Source: Pseudomonadota bacterium (GTDB taxonomy: Bacteria; Pseudomonadota; Gammaproteobacteria; Burkholderiales; JAJZQI01). From it: a stretch of DNA of 64,000 nucleotides. Position 1 is the stretch's first letter. Each line of letters begins with the position of its first letter. Shown piece by piece: positions 36,572 through 46,655 of the stretch. The stretch is taken from NCBI GenBank assembly GCA_021851875.1, contig JAJZQI010000001.1, positions 19,511 to 83,510 of the forward strand, read 5' to 3'. The notes under the pieces are model-generated. The model searched no databases. It was not told where the DNA came from and worked only from the letters and a program-made list of their open reading frames with translations. The translations under genes and the position numbers were made by a program.

Positions 36572-37471
36572 ATGAAATATCTGGCTCTGTTGTTCGGCCT
36601 GTTGTCCGCCTTGCCGGCTGTGCCGGCCCAGGCGGCTTTGAAGGTGTTCGCCTGCGAACCGGAATGGGGGGCATTGACCCAGGAACTGGGGGGAGCTTTG
36701 GTGTCGGTTTATTCCGCTACCATGGCACAGCAGGACCCGCATCATATCGAGGCGCGTCCCAGTCTGCTGGCGCGTACCCGTAACGCCGATTTGCTGATCT
36801 GCACCGGCGCCGGTCTGGAGGCCGGCTGGCTGCCGGTTTTGCTGGCGCAGTCGGGTAATGCCAAGGTGCAAACCGGCCAGCCCGGCTGGTTCATGGCAAC
36901 CGATGGCCTGGCCTTGCTGGAAAAACCCATCAAGCTGGATCGGGCCATGGGGGATGTGCACGCGGCCGGCAACCCGCACATCCAACAGGACCCGCACATG
37001 ATCGCCGCGGTCGCACAGCGTCTTAACCAGCGCTTGCAACAGATCGATCCGGCCAATGCCGCGACCTACCAGCATAACTATGACAGCTTCAATCAGCGCT
37101 GGCAGGTTGCCATGGCCCGCTGGGAGCGGGAAGCCGCTCCCTTGCGCGGCAAACTGATGGTGAGTCACCACAAAGCCTTTACCTATCTGTACCACTGGCT
37201 GGGCATGACCGAGGTGGGGACGCTGGAACCCTTGCCGGGGATCGATCCGTCGGCCCAGAGTCTGGTGACGCTGCTGCAGCAGCTCAAAGGCAAGAGCGTG
37301 TACGCCATCGTGCGGGCGCCGTATAACGATGCGCGCGCCTCCGAATGGTTGCATGACCATATCGGTGCCCCGGCCGTCGAACTGCCTTTTACCATCGGCG
37401 GCGAGTCGGGGACGGACAATCTGTTCGGTTTCTTCGATGTGACTGTCAAACGCCTGCTGGAGGCGCATTGA
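36572..37471 (+). CDS. znuA: periplasmic metal-binding protein, ZnuA/TroA family
   Basis: MKYLALLFGLLSALPAVPAQA signal peptide. DPHHIEARPS and GNPHIQQDPH metal-site segments. The ATG at 36572 has better SD spacing (AAGGGGAG + 6 nt) than the track start at 36566. Confidence 0.75.
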   Translation: MKYLALLFGLLSALPAVPAQAALKVFACEPEWGALTQELGGALVSVYSATMAQQDPHHIEARPSLLARTRNADLLICTGAGLEAGWLPVLLAQSGNAKVQTGQPGWFMATDGLALLEKPIKLDRAMGDVHAAGNPHIQQDPHMIAAVAQRLNQRLQQIDPANAATYQHNYDSFNQRWQVAMARWEREAAPLRGKLMVSHHKAFTYLYHWLGMTEVGTLEPLPGIDPSAQSLVTLLQQLKGKSVYAIVRAPYNDARASEWLHDHIGAPAVELPFTIGGESGTDNLFGFFDVTVKRLLEAH

Positions 37472-38217
37472 TGAATCTGTCGGTCGATTGGAGTCTGATC
37501 GGCCCCGGGTTGCTGGCGGGCATGCTGGTTTTGGCCACGCATGTCCCGCTGGGTCTGCGGGTGCTGGCGAAGGGAATTATCTTTATCGATCTGGCCATCG
37601 CCCAGGTGGCCGTGCTGGGCGGCGTGATCGGGCATGTCTTCCTGCCCGAAGATGCCGTGCCGTTTGCCGCCGGGGCGGGGGCGCTGCTTGCCGCCATATT
37701 GTTTGCCTGGCTGGAAAAGAAGTCCGTGCGGCATCTGGAGGCGTTGATCGGGGTTATTTATGTGCTGGCGGCTACCTCGGGCATGGTGATGGTGGCGCAT
37801 GATCCGCACGGCGCCGAGGTCTGGCGCGATATGTCGGCCGGCCAGGTGCTGTGGGTGACGCCGTCGCAATTGCATGCGATGCTGTGGGTGACGTTGGTTG
37901 CCGGCGCGGCCATGCGGCTGTTCCGGCAGCGGGGCGTATTGCTCGGTTTCTATTTGCCGTTTGCGCTGGCGATCACTTCGGCCGTGGGGCAGGTGGGTGT
38001 GTTCCTGGTATTCGCCAGTCTGATCATTCCGGCACTGGCGGTCAGCGGCATGGAGCGGTTCCGTTTGCCGCTGGCCTGGCTGACCGGCGCGCTGGGCATG
38101 TTCCTGGGCATGCTCATCTCGCTGTGGCTGGACTGGCCGACCGGGCCGGCCATGGTGCTGTTGATGGCCGGCACGGCTGCCGTTATTGCGTTGTTGCGCA
38201 AGCTGTTCAGGTTTTAA
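37468..38217 (+). CDS. znuB: ABC-3 family permease, ZnuB-like
   Basis: ATGA overlap with znuA. 249 aa, about 7-8 TM, GIIFIDLAIAQVAVLG typical of the family. Confidence 0.75.
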   Translation: MMNLSVDWSLIGPGLLAGMLVLATHVPLGLRVLAKGIIFIDLAIAQVAVLGGVIGHVFLPEDAVPFAAGAGALLAAILFAWLEKKSVRHLEALIGVIYVLAATSGMVMVAHDPHGAEVWRDMSAGQVLWVTPSQLHAMLWVTLVAGAAMRLFRQRGVLLGFYLPFALAITSAVGQVGVFLVFASLIIPALAVSGMERFRLPLAWLTGALGMFLGMLISLWLDWPTGPAMVLLMAGTAAVIALLRKLFRF

Positions 38218-40687
38218 GCTGTTCCACCTGCCAGATTTGCCGGGCGTATTCGCTGATGGTGCGGTCACTGGAGAACTTGCCCATGCGGGCGACGTTGAGG
38301 ATGGATTTGCGGGTCCATGCATGCTGTTCGCGGTACAGCGCGTCGACATTCTCCTGCATGGCGATATAGGCCGCATAGTCGGCCAGCAATAGATAGTGAT
38401 CGCCCTGCTCGGTGAGCAGATCGAACAGCGGCCGATGCCGCGTCAGTTCGTCCGGCGAAAAAAAGCCGTCGCGCAGCATGTCCAGTGCTTCGCGCAATTC
38501 CCAGTTGCCATGGTAGTAGTCCCACGGGTTGTACCCGTCGCGGCGAAGCTCTGCCGCCTCGGCAGCGGTCAGGCCAAAAATGAAGAAGTTGTCTTCCCCT
38601 ACTTCCTCGCGCATTTCGACATTGGCTCCGTCCAGGGTGCCGATGGTCAATGCACCGTTGAGCGCCAGTTTCATGTTGCCGGTGCCGGATGCTTCGGTGC
38701 CGGCGGTGGAAATCTGTTCCGACAAGTCGGCCGCGGGGATGATTTCCAGCGCGGTGGAAACGGAATAGTTGGGAATGAACACCATTTTGAGCAAACCGCG
38801 CACGGCCGGGTCATTATTGACGACTTCCGCGACGTCGTTAATCAGTTTGATGATGCGTTTGGCGGTGACATAACCCGGCGCCGCCTTGCCGGCAACGATG
38901 ATGGTGCGGGGTACGGGGTTTTCCAGCCGATTATGGCGGATACGGTTGTAGCGGGTGATGGCGTGCAGCACGTTGAGCAGCTGGCGTTTGTATTCGTGGA
39001 TGCGCTTTACCTGCACGTCGAACAGCGAGTCGGGGTTGAGTTCGACCTTGAGCAATTGCTGAACGCGTTCGGCCAGAAAGGCCTTTTTGCTGCGTTTGAC
39101 ATGGCGGAACGCCTGCTGGAACGCGCTGTCATCGGTAAACTGTTCCAGCTGGCGCAGCTGGGATAAATCGGTGATCCAACCCTGGCCGATTTTGCTGCTG
39201 ATGAGACTGGAGAGTTCATTGTTGGCCTGCAGCATCCACAGTCTGGGCGTGACCCCGTTGGTCATGTTGACGATTTTTTCCGGGCAAATGCGGTAAAAAT
39301 CGGCGAAGATCGTCGATTTCATCAGTTCAGTATGCAGCCGGGCGACCCCGTTGATCCTGTGGCTGCCCACCGTTGCCAGGTGAGCCATGCGGATGCGTTT
39401 TTCCGGCTCCTCCTGGATGAGGGATACGCGCTTGAGCAATTCCATGTCGCCTGGAAACATGTGCGAGACATGCCGGATGAAGTGATGATTGATCTCGTAA
39501 ATGATCTGCAAATGCCGCGGCAGCAGACGCTCGAACATTTCCACCGGCCACGTTTCCAGGGCTTCCGGCAGCAGGGTATGGTTGGTGTAGGAGAAGATGC
39601 GCGTGGTCAGTTCCCAGGCCTGATCCCAGTCGAGATGATGGGTATCGAGCAGCAGGCGCATCATTTCGGCTACCGCAACGGCGGGGTGGGTGTCGTTCAT
39701 CTGGATGGCGACCTTGTCCGGCAGGTTTTCCACCTGGTTGGCCGGGTTGCGGAAAAAACGCCGCAGAATGTCCTGTAACGAGGCGGATACAAAGAAGAAT
39801 TGCTGCTTGAGGCGCAGCTCCTTGCCGTTGGTGGTGGTGTCGTTGGGGTACAGCACCTTGGACAGGTTCTCCGAGGCGTTTTTTTCCTGCACCGCCTTGA
39901 TGTAGTTGCCCTCGTTGAAATATTGCAGCTCGAAGTCGCGCGAGGCCTTGGCCGCCCATAAACGCATGTTGTTGGTGGTGCTGGTGGCGTAGCCGGGAAT
40001 GGGCGTGTCGTAGGCCATGGCCATCACATCGGTGGTGTCGACCCAGTGATGGCGGATTTTTCCTTCTTCGTCCGGGTATTCCACCACGCGGCCGCCGAAA
40101 TGCACGCAAAAGAGGATTTCGGCACGGGGAAATTCCCATGGATTGCCATAGCGCAGCCAGTTGTCCGGATGCTCCACCTGATAGCCGTTTTCAATCTGCT
40201 GGTTGAACATGCCGTATTCGTAGCGGATGCCGTAGCCGTGGGCCGGGATATTCAGCGTCGACAGGGAATCGAGAAAACAGGCGGCCAGGCGGCCGAGACC
40301 GCCATTGCCCAGGGCGGCATCGCTTTCCACTTCCCTCAGTTCGTCCAGATCCAGCCCCATTTCATCCGCCGCCTGTTTGAACGGCTCGTACAGGCCGACA
40401 TTGATCATGCTGCTGGTGAACAGGCGGCCGATCAGGAACTCCAGCGACAGGTAGTAGACCCGCTTGGGATCTTCCTTCTGGTAGCTGCGCATGGTTTCCA
40501 TCCAGTTTTCCATCATGCGGTTGCGTACCGTATGCGCCGCGGCGCTGAACCAGTCGCGCGCGGTGGATGTGTGGGGGTCTTTGCCTATAGTGTAGGTCAG
40601 GCTGTCGGCGAGCGAGTGCTGAATGGAGGCGACATCCTTGCTCAGGTGCGAGTATTTGAATTTTTGCGTATTGATCTTTTTCTTCAT
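38207..40687 (-). CDS. glgP: glycogen/maltodextrin phosphorylase
   Basis: Trimmed to MKKKINTQKF at 40687 (SD GGAGGAC). EASGTGNMKLALNG pyridoxal-phosphate site. 826 aa. Confidence 0.95.
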   Translation of the reverse strand: MKKKINTQKFKYSHLSKDVASIQHSLADSLTYTIGKDPHTSTARDWFSAAAHTVRNRMMENWMETMRSYQKEDPKRVYYLSLEFLIGRLFTSSMINVGLYEPFKQAADEMGLDLDELREVESDAALGNGGLGRLAACFLDSLSTLNIPAHGYGIRYEYGMFNQQIENGYQVEHPDNWLRYGNPWEFPRAEILFCVHFGGRVVEYPDEEGKIRHHWVDTTDVMAMAYDTPIPGYATSTTNNMRLWAAKASRDFELQYFNEGNYIKAVQEKNASENLSKVLYPNDTTTNGKELRLKQQFFFVSASLQDILRRFFRNPANQVENLPDKVAIQMNDTHPAVAVAEMMRLLLDTHHLDWDQAWELTTRIFSYTNHTLLPEALETWPVEMFERLLPRHLQIIYEINHHFIRHVSHMFPGDMELLKRVSLIQEEPEKRIRMAHLATVGSHRINGVARLHTELMKSTIFADFYRICPEKIVNMTNGVTPRLWMLQANNELSSLISSKIGQGWITDLSQLRQLEQFTDDSAFQQAFRHVKRSKKAFLAERVQQLLKVELNPDSLFDVQVKRIHEYKRQLLNVLHAITRYNRIRHNRLENPVPRTIIVAGKAAPGYVTAKRIIKLINDVAEVVNNDPAVRGLLKMVFIPNYSVSTALEIIPAADLSEQISTAGTEASGTGNMKLALNGALTIGTLDGANVEMREEVGEDNFFIFGLTAAEAAELRRDGYNPWDYYHGNWELREALDMLRDGFFSPDELTRHRPLFDLLTEQGDHYLLLADYAAYIAMQENVDALYREQHAWTRKSILNVARMGKFSSDRTISEYARQIWQVEQLKT

Positions 40688-40704
40688 GACGTCCTCCATG
40701 GCTG

Positions 40705-41205
40705 TCAGCGGGTGGATTCCAGACTCTGGTTGCGGATCAGGATGCGCGGGCTGATCATGGCATAGCCCTGTTGCTGCCAATAGGACATTTCCGCCATGGC
40801 CGAGGGGACGACCTTGATGAAATCCTGGAAGTCCTTGACGCTGTAGCCATAGTCTCCGGCGGCCAGGGCGCAGACGCGAAAATCCACTCCCAGGCTGGCG
40901 TAATAGCGCATGCGATCGACCGCATCCTTGTATTTCTCATAGTTTTTCGTCGCCACCGTGGCGATTTCGGTGCCATGGATCAGGACGATGATTTTCATGT
41001 CCTCCGGTTGCATGTTGTAAGGCGGTTCCATCAAGGGGTTGATTTGCGAGCGCAGCCAATACAGGGCGCTGTTGATGTAATCGGGGTTGTCGAAATAGAA
41101 CTCGTACAGCGTCTTGGGGGCCTGATAAGGTGTTTCTTCGTAGGTTCCGGCTGCCTGCGCGGCAGGCTGGAACAACAGGCAGAGTAATAGGAATAAGCAG
41201 CGCAT
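40705..41205 (-). CDS. DsrE/DsrF-like family protein with signal peptide
   Basis: MRCLFLLLCLLFQPAAQA. KIIVLIHGTEIATV and FRVCALAAGDYG resemble the DsrE-fold COG1416 group. Confidence 0.5.
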   Translation of the reverse strand: MRCLFLLLCLLFQPAAQAAGTYEETPYQAPKTLYEFYFDNPDYINSALYWLRSQINPLMEPPYNMQPEDMKIIVLIHGTEIATVATKNYEKYKDAVDRMRYYASLGVDFRVCALAAGDYGYSVKDFQDFIKVVPSAMAEMSYWQQQGYAMISPRILIRNQSLESTR

Positions 41206-41284
41206 GGCCGTCTCCTCATGGATTTGTTATGACTGGAGTATAGGAAGGCTGGCGCTAAATGCCAGTTTGATATCCGTGGCGGTG

Positions 41285-42154
41285 TCAGACGGGGTAGGTT
41301 TTAAGCAGCTTGCGATAGGTTGCCAGGCGACCGGGGTGGATCTTGCCGTCCGCGGCGGCCTGCAAAATGGCGCAGCCGGGCTCCTTGTCGTGGCGGCAGT
41401 TATGGAAGCGGCACTGGCCGAGATAGGGGCGGAACTCGACAAACGCCCGCTGGATTTCCTGCAAACTCAGGTGACCCAGACCGAATTCCTGCATGCCGGG
41501 GGAGTCGATGATGCTGCCGCCGTGCGGCAGCAGATAGAGTTCGCTGTGGGTGGTGGTGTGGCGGCCGGAGTCGAGCGCCGCGGAAATGTCGCGGGTGGCT
41601 GCCCGGGCAGCGGGAATGATGGCATTGAGCAGGCTGGATTTGCCCATGCCGGACTGGCCGATAAACAGGCTGTTCTTGTTGGCGAGATAGGGCAGCAAGG
41701 GGCCGCTGTCCTGTCGCGCGGACAGCCTGAGAATCTCGTAACCCAGTTCGGCATAGGGCGCGAGCCGCGGCCAGGCTGCCTCGGCCTCGGCCGATAAATC
41801 CGCTTTGTTATACACGATCAGGCTGGATGTGTCCGCTGCTTCGGCGGCAATCAGGCAGCGGTCGATAAATTCGGGGTAAAAGCTCGGTACCGGGGCGACG
41901 ACGATGACAATCTGGTCGAGATTGGCCGCGATCAGCTTGCTTTTGAAGGCATCCGAGCGGTAAAACAGGTTGTGGCGGGGGAGAATGCGTTCGATAACGG
42001 CATTTTCGTCGTCTTGCGGCGTGATTTCCACTTCATCGCCGCACACCACGCCGGATTTTTTTCCGCGCGTGGTGGCGCGCCACTGATGGCCCGAGGCGTC
42101 AGCGACAGAATAATGCCGACCGTGGCTGACGACGACGCGGCCGGACTGACTCAC
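41285..42154 (-). CDS. rsgA: ribosome small-subunit-dependent GTPase A
   Basis: Circularly permuted GTPase (VYNKADL, GQSGMGKSSLLN) and zinc knuckle CRFHNCRHDKEPGCA. Confidence 0.93.
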   Translation of the reverse strand: MSQSGRVVVSHGRHYSVADASGHQWRATTRGKKSGVVCGDEVEITPQDDENAVIERILPRHNLFYRSDAFKSKLIAANLDQIVIVVAPVPSFYPEFIDRCLIAAEAADTSSLIVYNKADLSAEAEAAWPRLAPYAELGYEILRLSARQDSGPLLPYLANKNSLFIGQSGMGKSSLLNAIIPAARAATRDISAALDSGRHTTTHSELYLLPHGGSIIDSPGMQEFGLGHLSLQEIQRAFVEFRPYLGQCRFHNCRHDKEPGCAILQAAADGKIHPGRLATYRKLLKTYPV

Positions 42155-42456
42155 TTTTTGAAGTGATAGTAGGTCAGATTGAGGTAGGCGGCAATGTGCG
42201 CTTCGTCATCCGGGAACAGGCCGGCGTTGGTGTTGGTATTGCAGGCGCGAATGCGGCTCACCAGCGCATCGTAGCTCTTGATCATGTGGTCTGGGCGGGA
42301 ATAGACGCTGTCGTCATGGCAGCGCGAACATTTCTGGCTGACCAGCATCTTGCCGATCTTGGGGTCGCCTTTGGTATCTGCCGCCTTGGTGTCGGCCATG
42401 GCATGGCCGGCAAGCAACAGGCTGCTGACTAAAACCGCAAACAGTGAAGGTTTCAT
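42151..42456 (-). CDS. small periplasmic monoheme c-type cytochrome (putative)
   Basis: Signal peptide (LLLAGHAMA) and a single CSRCH. Its stop overlaps the rsgA start by 4 nt. Confidence 0.55.
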   Translation of the reverse strand: MKPSLFAVLVSSLLLAGHAMADTKAADTKGDPKIGKMLVSQKCSRCHDDSVYSRPDHMIKSYDALVSRIRACNTNTNAGLFPDDEAHIAAYLNLTYYHFKK

Positions 42457-42509
42457 TCGATTATCCTCGTAAAAGTTGCCATTTCGTCATAAATACTTGA
42501 GTACGACTC

Positions 42510-43766
42510 TCAGGAATTATGCCCTTGCACCTGCAAATGCGCAATGCGCAACGGGGCCGGCGGGTGCGAATCGTAGTAGCGCGAATACCAGGGGTCCGGC
42601 GTCAGTGTGGCGGCATTGTCCCGGTACAGTTTGATCAGCGCCGAAATCAGGTCGCTGGCCGGCGTCTGGCTGGCGGCATAGGCGTCCGCCTGGTATTCGT
42701 GCAGGCGCGAATGGAGACTGGTAAAGGGATGCAGTAAAAAGGTGAACACCGGCAGCACCAGAAAGAACAGCAGCAGCGCCATGGCCGTGCCCGGTTGGCT
42801 CACGCCGAGCCCTTGATAAAACCAGTCCGTTTGCTGCAACTGGCTCAGCAGCCACAGCAATACGAGGCTGAGGCTGAACATCAGGAGCATGCGCTTGCGG
42901 ATGTGATGATGCTTGAAATGCCCCAGTTCGTGCGCCAGTACGGCTTCGATTTCCTGCGGCGACAGCTGCTTGAGCAGCGTATCGAAAAAGACGATGCGCT
43001 TGCTGGTGCCCAGGCCGGTGAAGTAGGCGTTGCCGTGGCTGCTGCGGCGCGAGCCGTCCATGACGAACACGCCGTTGGAATGAAAGCCGCAGCGTTGCAG
43101 CAGGGCTTCGATGCGTTGCCGCAGGGCCGCGTCTTCCAGCGGCAGGAATTTGTTGAACAGCGGTGCGATGAAGGTCGGAAAGACGGCCATGATCAGCAGG
43201 TTGAAGCCGACCCAGACGGCCCAGGTATACAACCACCACACATCGCCGGCCGTCTGCATGAACCACAATACGACATACAGCAGCGGCAGTCCGAGCGCCA
43301 GTCCCAGCAGCCACTGTTTGATGTGGTCGGCGATAAACAGTCCGGGTGTCATCTGGTTGAAACCGAAGCGGGCTTCAATGTTGAACGTCTGGTACCAGGC
43401 CAATGGCAGTTCGATGAGCGAAATCAGGCTCAGCGTCAGCACGATGAACAACCCGCCGCGCAGCAGGTCGTAGGGAATGAAACCGTGCAGCGCCTGCTGC
43501 AGCAGCTCCAGCCCGCCGCCAAGCGTGAGCGCCAGTAAGATGGCGCCGTCCAGCAGGATCTGCACCAGACTCAGGCGGTTTTTCGCCAGATTGTAGTCGG
43601 CGGCCTTTTGATGCGCCTCGAGCGGAATGCTTTCGCTGAACGATGCCGGCACGGCCTGGCGGTGCTGACGTATATGGCGCATCTGGCGGAAAGCCAGCAG
43701 CAGGCGGGTCAGCAGGTTGAGGGATAAAACAATGCAGAACAGCGCAGTCCAGTGTGTGGGTGTCAT
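42510..43766 (-). CDS. M48 family (Ste24/HtpX-like) zinc metalloprotease
   Basis: HELGHFKHHH zinc motif in a polytopic 418-aa protein. Confidence 0.88.
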   Translation of the reverse strand: MTPTHWTALFCIVLSLNLLTRLLLAFRQMRHIRQHRQAVPASFSESIPLEAHQKAADYNLAKNRLSLVQILLDGAILLALTLGGGLELLQQALHGFIPYDLLRGGLFIVLTLSLISLIELPLAWYQTFNIEARFGFNQMTPGLFIADHIKQWLLGLALGLPLLYVVLWFMQTAGDVWWLYTWAVWVGFNLLIMAVFPTFIAPLFNKFLPLEDAALRQRIEALLQRCGFHSNGVFVMDGSRRSSHGNAYFTGLGTSKRIVFFDTLLKQLSPQEIEAVLAHELGHFKHHHIRKRMLLMFSLSLVLLWLLSQLQQTDWFYQGLGVSQPGTAMALLLFFLVLPVFTFLLHPFTSLHSRLHEYQADAYAASQTPASDLISALIKLYRDNAATLTPDPWYSRYYDSHPPAPLRIAHLQVQGHNS

Positions 43767-43861
43767 ATCGGTGTGCCATGCTCTAGGGTACTTCAGCGGA
43801 AATCGGCTGAACAGGTCCGAGCTGTGCGAAAATAAACGTTCTTTAAACAGGAATTGGAATT

Positions 43862-44407
43862 ATGGCACAAGACAAGAGCTATCTCACCTGGCTTGATATG
43901 GAAATGAGCGGCCTGAATCCGGCCAGCGACCATAGTCTCGAATTGGCTGTGGTGATCACCGACGCAAATCTGCAAACTGTCGCCGAGTCGCCCGTGCTGG
44001 TGGTGCACCAGTCGGACGCGGTGCTCGACGGCATGGATGCCTGGAATAAGGGCACCCATGGCAAGTCCGGCCTGATCGACAAGGTCAAGGCCTCTACGCT
44101 GGCCGATGCCGATGCGGAAGCCGAGATGCTGGCCTTCATCAAGCAGTATGTGCCGGAACGCGCTTCACCCATGTGCGGCAATTCCATTTGTCAGGATCGT
44201 CGTTTCATGGCGCGCTACATGCCCAAACTGGAGGCCTGGTTCCATTACCGCAATCTCGACGTGTCGACCCTGAAGGAGCTGGCTGCACGCTGGAAGCCGG
44301 AACTCAAGGACGGCTTCAAGAAGGCCAACAACCACACGGCGCTGGCGGATATCTACGAGTCGATCGAAGAGCTGAAATATTATCGCGAGCATTTCATTCG
44401 TATCTGA
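43862..44407 (+). CDS. orn: oligoribonuclease
   Basis: [13 protein letters not shown] (DEDDh exo I), [11 protein letters not shown] and [14 protein letters not shown]. Confidence 0.95.
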   Translation: MAQDKSYLTWLDMEMSGLNPASDHSLELAVVITDANLQTVAESPVLVVHQSDAVLDGMDAWNKGTHGKSGLIDKVKASTLADADAEAEMLAFIKQYVPERASPMCGNSICQDRRFMARYMPKLEAWFHYRNLDVSTLKELAARWKPELKDGFKKANNHTALADIYESIEELKYYREHFIRI

Positions 44408-44450
44408 TTCGTCTAGACTGAGTCATCGGGATTAAGGCAGGAGCATAAAC

Positions 44451-45149
44451 ATGTACTCACAGCAAGGCCGTCGTTTCAGGCAATTTCTGCTGGCAATTGT
44501 CTTGATGGTGATGCTCTTGCCTGTGTGGGCCGCTTCGCTGAGCCAGCAGGAAACCTCGGCCGGACTGAAAGAAGCGCTCATCAAATCGGCCGAGGCGGCC
44601 GTCAAACAGCTGGGGCAGGAAAACGGCTTTCTCGCGAACGACAAGGTGAAAATCCCCTTGCCGCCAACGCTGGCCCGTGCAGAGTCGCTGATGCGGGCGG
44701 TAGGGATGGGTAAACAGGCTGACGATCTGGTCGTTTCGATGAACCGGGCGGCCGAAGCGGCTGTGCCCGAGACGCAGAAATTGCTGGTCGATGCGGTGAA
44801 GCGCATGACGCTGGATGATGCCAAGGCGATTCTGACCGGCGGCGACGATGCCGCAACGAACTATTTTCGCCAGCAGACCGAAAGCACCTTGTCGACAAAG
44901 CTGTTGCCGATCGTGAAGAAGACAACGGACCGCGTCCGGCTGGCTCAACGCTATGACGAATTGGCCGGCAAGGCCTCGCGTTTCGGTCTGCTGTCCGGCG
45001 ACGATGCCAGCATAGAACGCTATGTGACGCAGAAGACCCTGGACGGGCTGTACACCGTTATCGCCGAGCAGGAAAAAGCCATTCGCCACGATCCGTTGGG
45101 ATACGGCAGCAAGCTGATCGGCAAGGTGTTCGGCAGCGTGCTGAACTAG
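44451..45149 (+). CDS. DUF4197-like periplasmic protein
   Basis: Signal peptide. GLKEALIKSAEAAVKQLGQENGFLANDKVKIPLP and MTLDDAKAILTGGDDAATNYF match my recollection of this family. Confidence 0.6.
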   Translation: MYSQQGRRFRQFLLAIVLMVMLLPVWAASLSQQETSAGLKEALIKSAEAAVKQLGQENGFLANDKVKIPLPPTLARAESLMRAVGMGKQADDLVVSMNRAAEAAVPETQKLLVDAVKRMTLDDAKAILTGGDDAATNYFRQQTESTLSTKLLPIVKKTTDRVRLAQRYDELAGKASRFGLLSGDDASIERYVTQKTLDGLYTVIAEQEKAIRHDPLGYGSKLIGKVFGSVLN

Positions 45150-45154
45150 CGGGT

Positions 45155-46600
45155 TTAAGTCCTGAGCAGATCCTGGTATAGCCGCACGTACTGGGCCGCG
45201 CTCTTATCCCAGCTGAAATCCCGGTTCATGCCATTGCGCTGGAGTTGTTCCCAGCTGGTTTTGTCCTGCCGCAACGACAATGCGCGCAACAAGGCCGAAT
45301 GCAGCGTATCCTCGTTCAGCGGAGCAAAGACAAAGCCTGTGGCAAGGCCGTTGGCAATGGTATCCGGCTGGGCATCGACGACCGTATCGGCCAGCCCGCC
45401 GGTGGCATTGACGATGGGCGGTGTGCCGTAGCGCATGCTGTACATCTGGTTCAGACCGCACGGCTCGAAACGTGACGGCATGGCAAAGACATCGGCGCCG
45501 GCCTCGATCAGGTGGGACAGCGACTCGTCAAAACCGATGTGCGCAGCAACCTTGCCCGGATATTGCGCCGCAAGATGGCGGTAGCCCTGTTCCAGGGCCT
45601 GTTCGCCGGAGCCCAGCAAGGCCAGCTGTACAGGTTGTTCCAGCAGGCGGGGTAATACCTGCAGCAGCACGTCGAGCCCTTTCTGGTGCGCCAAACGGCT
45701 GATGGCGCCGATCAGCAGCACCTCGTCGCGCACCTCCAGCCCCATCCGCCGCTGCAGGGCGGCCTTGTTGAGCGCCTTGTCCGGCAGATTGTGCAGGGAA
45801 AAGGGCGCCGGGATATTGTGATCATTCGCCGGGCACCAGTCCCGCACATCAATACCGTTGACGATGCCGGTCAATTGCAGCTGGCGGTGCTGCAGCAGGC
45901 CCTGCATGCCGAAACCCAGTTCATCCGTCTGAATTTCCTGGGCATAGGTGGGGCTTACCGTCGTGATGTGGTCGGCGTAATTCAGGCCTGCCTTGAGCAG
46001 GGAAAAGTTGCCGTAGTATTCCACTCCGTGCAGGCCGTAAGCCGATTCCGGCAGCCCGACATCCGTCACCCCCCAGGAGGGGAAAATTCCCTGATAGGCC
46101 AGATTGTGAATGGTCATGACCGACTTGATGTGGCGGTGTTCCCAGAAGTGCAAATAGGCCGGTGTCAGTCCGGTTTGCCAGTCGTTGCAATGGACCAGCG
46201 ACGGATGCCAGTCGAGCGGGCTGGCGTGGCCCGCCAGCAGGGCGGCGCATTTGGATAACAGGGCAAAGCGCATCAGGTTGTCGTGCCAGTCCTGCCCATG
46301 TTCGTCCTGATAGGGACCGCCGGGGCGGTCGTAATACGCGGGATAGTCCACCAGCAACACGGTGACGCCAGTTTCTTCGATGAATGTCTCGCGAATGACG
46401 ACCTTTTCTTCGCCGCGCATGTCCGGCAGGGTGCAAATCGGCCGGGCATGCGGCAATTTGGTTTTTACCTGGCGGTAGGCCGGCAGCAGAACTTTGACTT
46501 CAACGCCCATCCGCTGCAGTGCCGCAGGCAACGCACTGCTGACATCGGCCAAGCCGCCGGTCTTGATGAACGGATGCATTTCCGAGGTGACGAACAGCAT
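45155..46600 (-). CDS. glgA: glycogen synthase (ADP-glucose type)
   Basis: Trimmed to MLFVTSEMHPFIKTGGLADV at 46600. C-terminal SRFEPCGLNQMY motif. Confidence 0.95.
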   Translation of the reverse strand: MLFVTSEMHPFIKTGGLADVSSALPAALQRMGVEVKVLLPAYRQVKTKLPHARPICTLPDMRGEEKVVIRETFIEETGVTVLLVDYPAYYDRPGGPYQDEHGQDWHDNLMRFALLSKCAALLAGHASPLDWHPSLVHCNDWQTGLTPAYLHFWEHRHIKSVMTIHNLAYQGIFPSWGVTDVGLPESAYGLHGVEYYGNFSLLKAGLNYADHITTVSPTYAQEIQTDELGFGMQGLLQHRQLQLTGIVNGIDVRDWCPANDHNIPAPFSLHNLPDKALNKAALQRRMGLEVRDEVLLIGAISRLAHQKGLDVLLQVLPRLLEQPVQLALLGSGEQALEQGYRHLAAQYPGKVAAHIGFDESLSHLIEAGADVFAMPSRFEPCGLNQMYSMRYGTPPIVNATGGLADTVVDAQPDTIANGLATGFVFAPLNEDTLHSALLRALSLRQDKTSWEQLQRNGMNRDFSWDKSAAQYVRLYQDLLRT

Positions 46601-46655
46601 GCAGATTTCCAGCGGGCTGGGGCAGTAATTGTGCGGCATGGATGGATTTCCTGGC

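Noticed and set aside
33308-37468. 487-aa (33308-34771) and 611-aa (35633-37468) minus-strand ORFs
   Set aside because: They are antisense to the GyrI-like/CobD-like genes and to the porin/ZnuA genes. The plus-strand products have signal peptides, TM patterns and family motifs, and the minus-strand ones do not.
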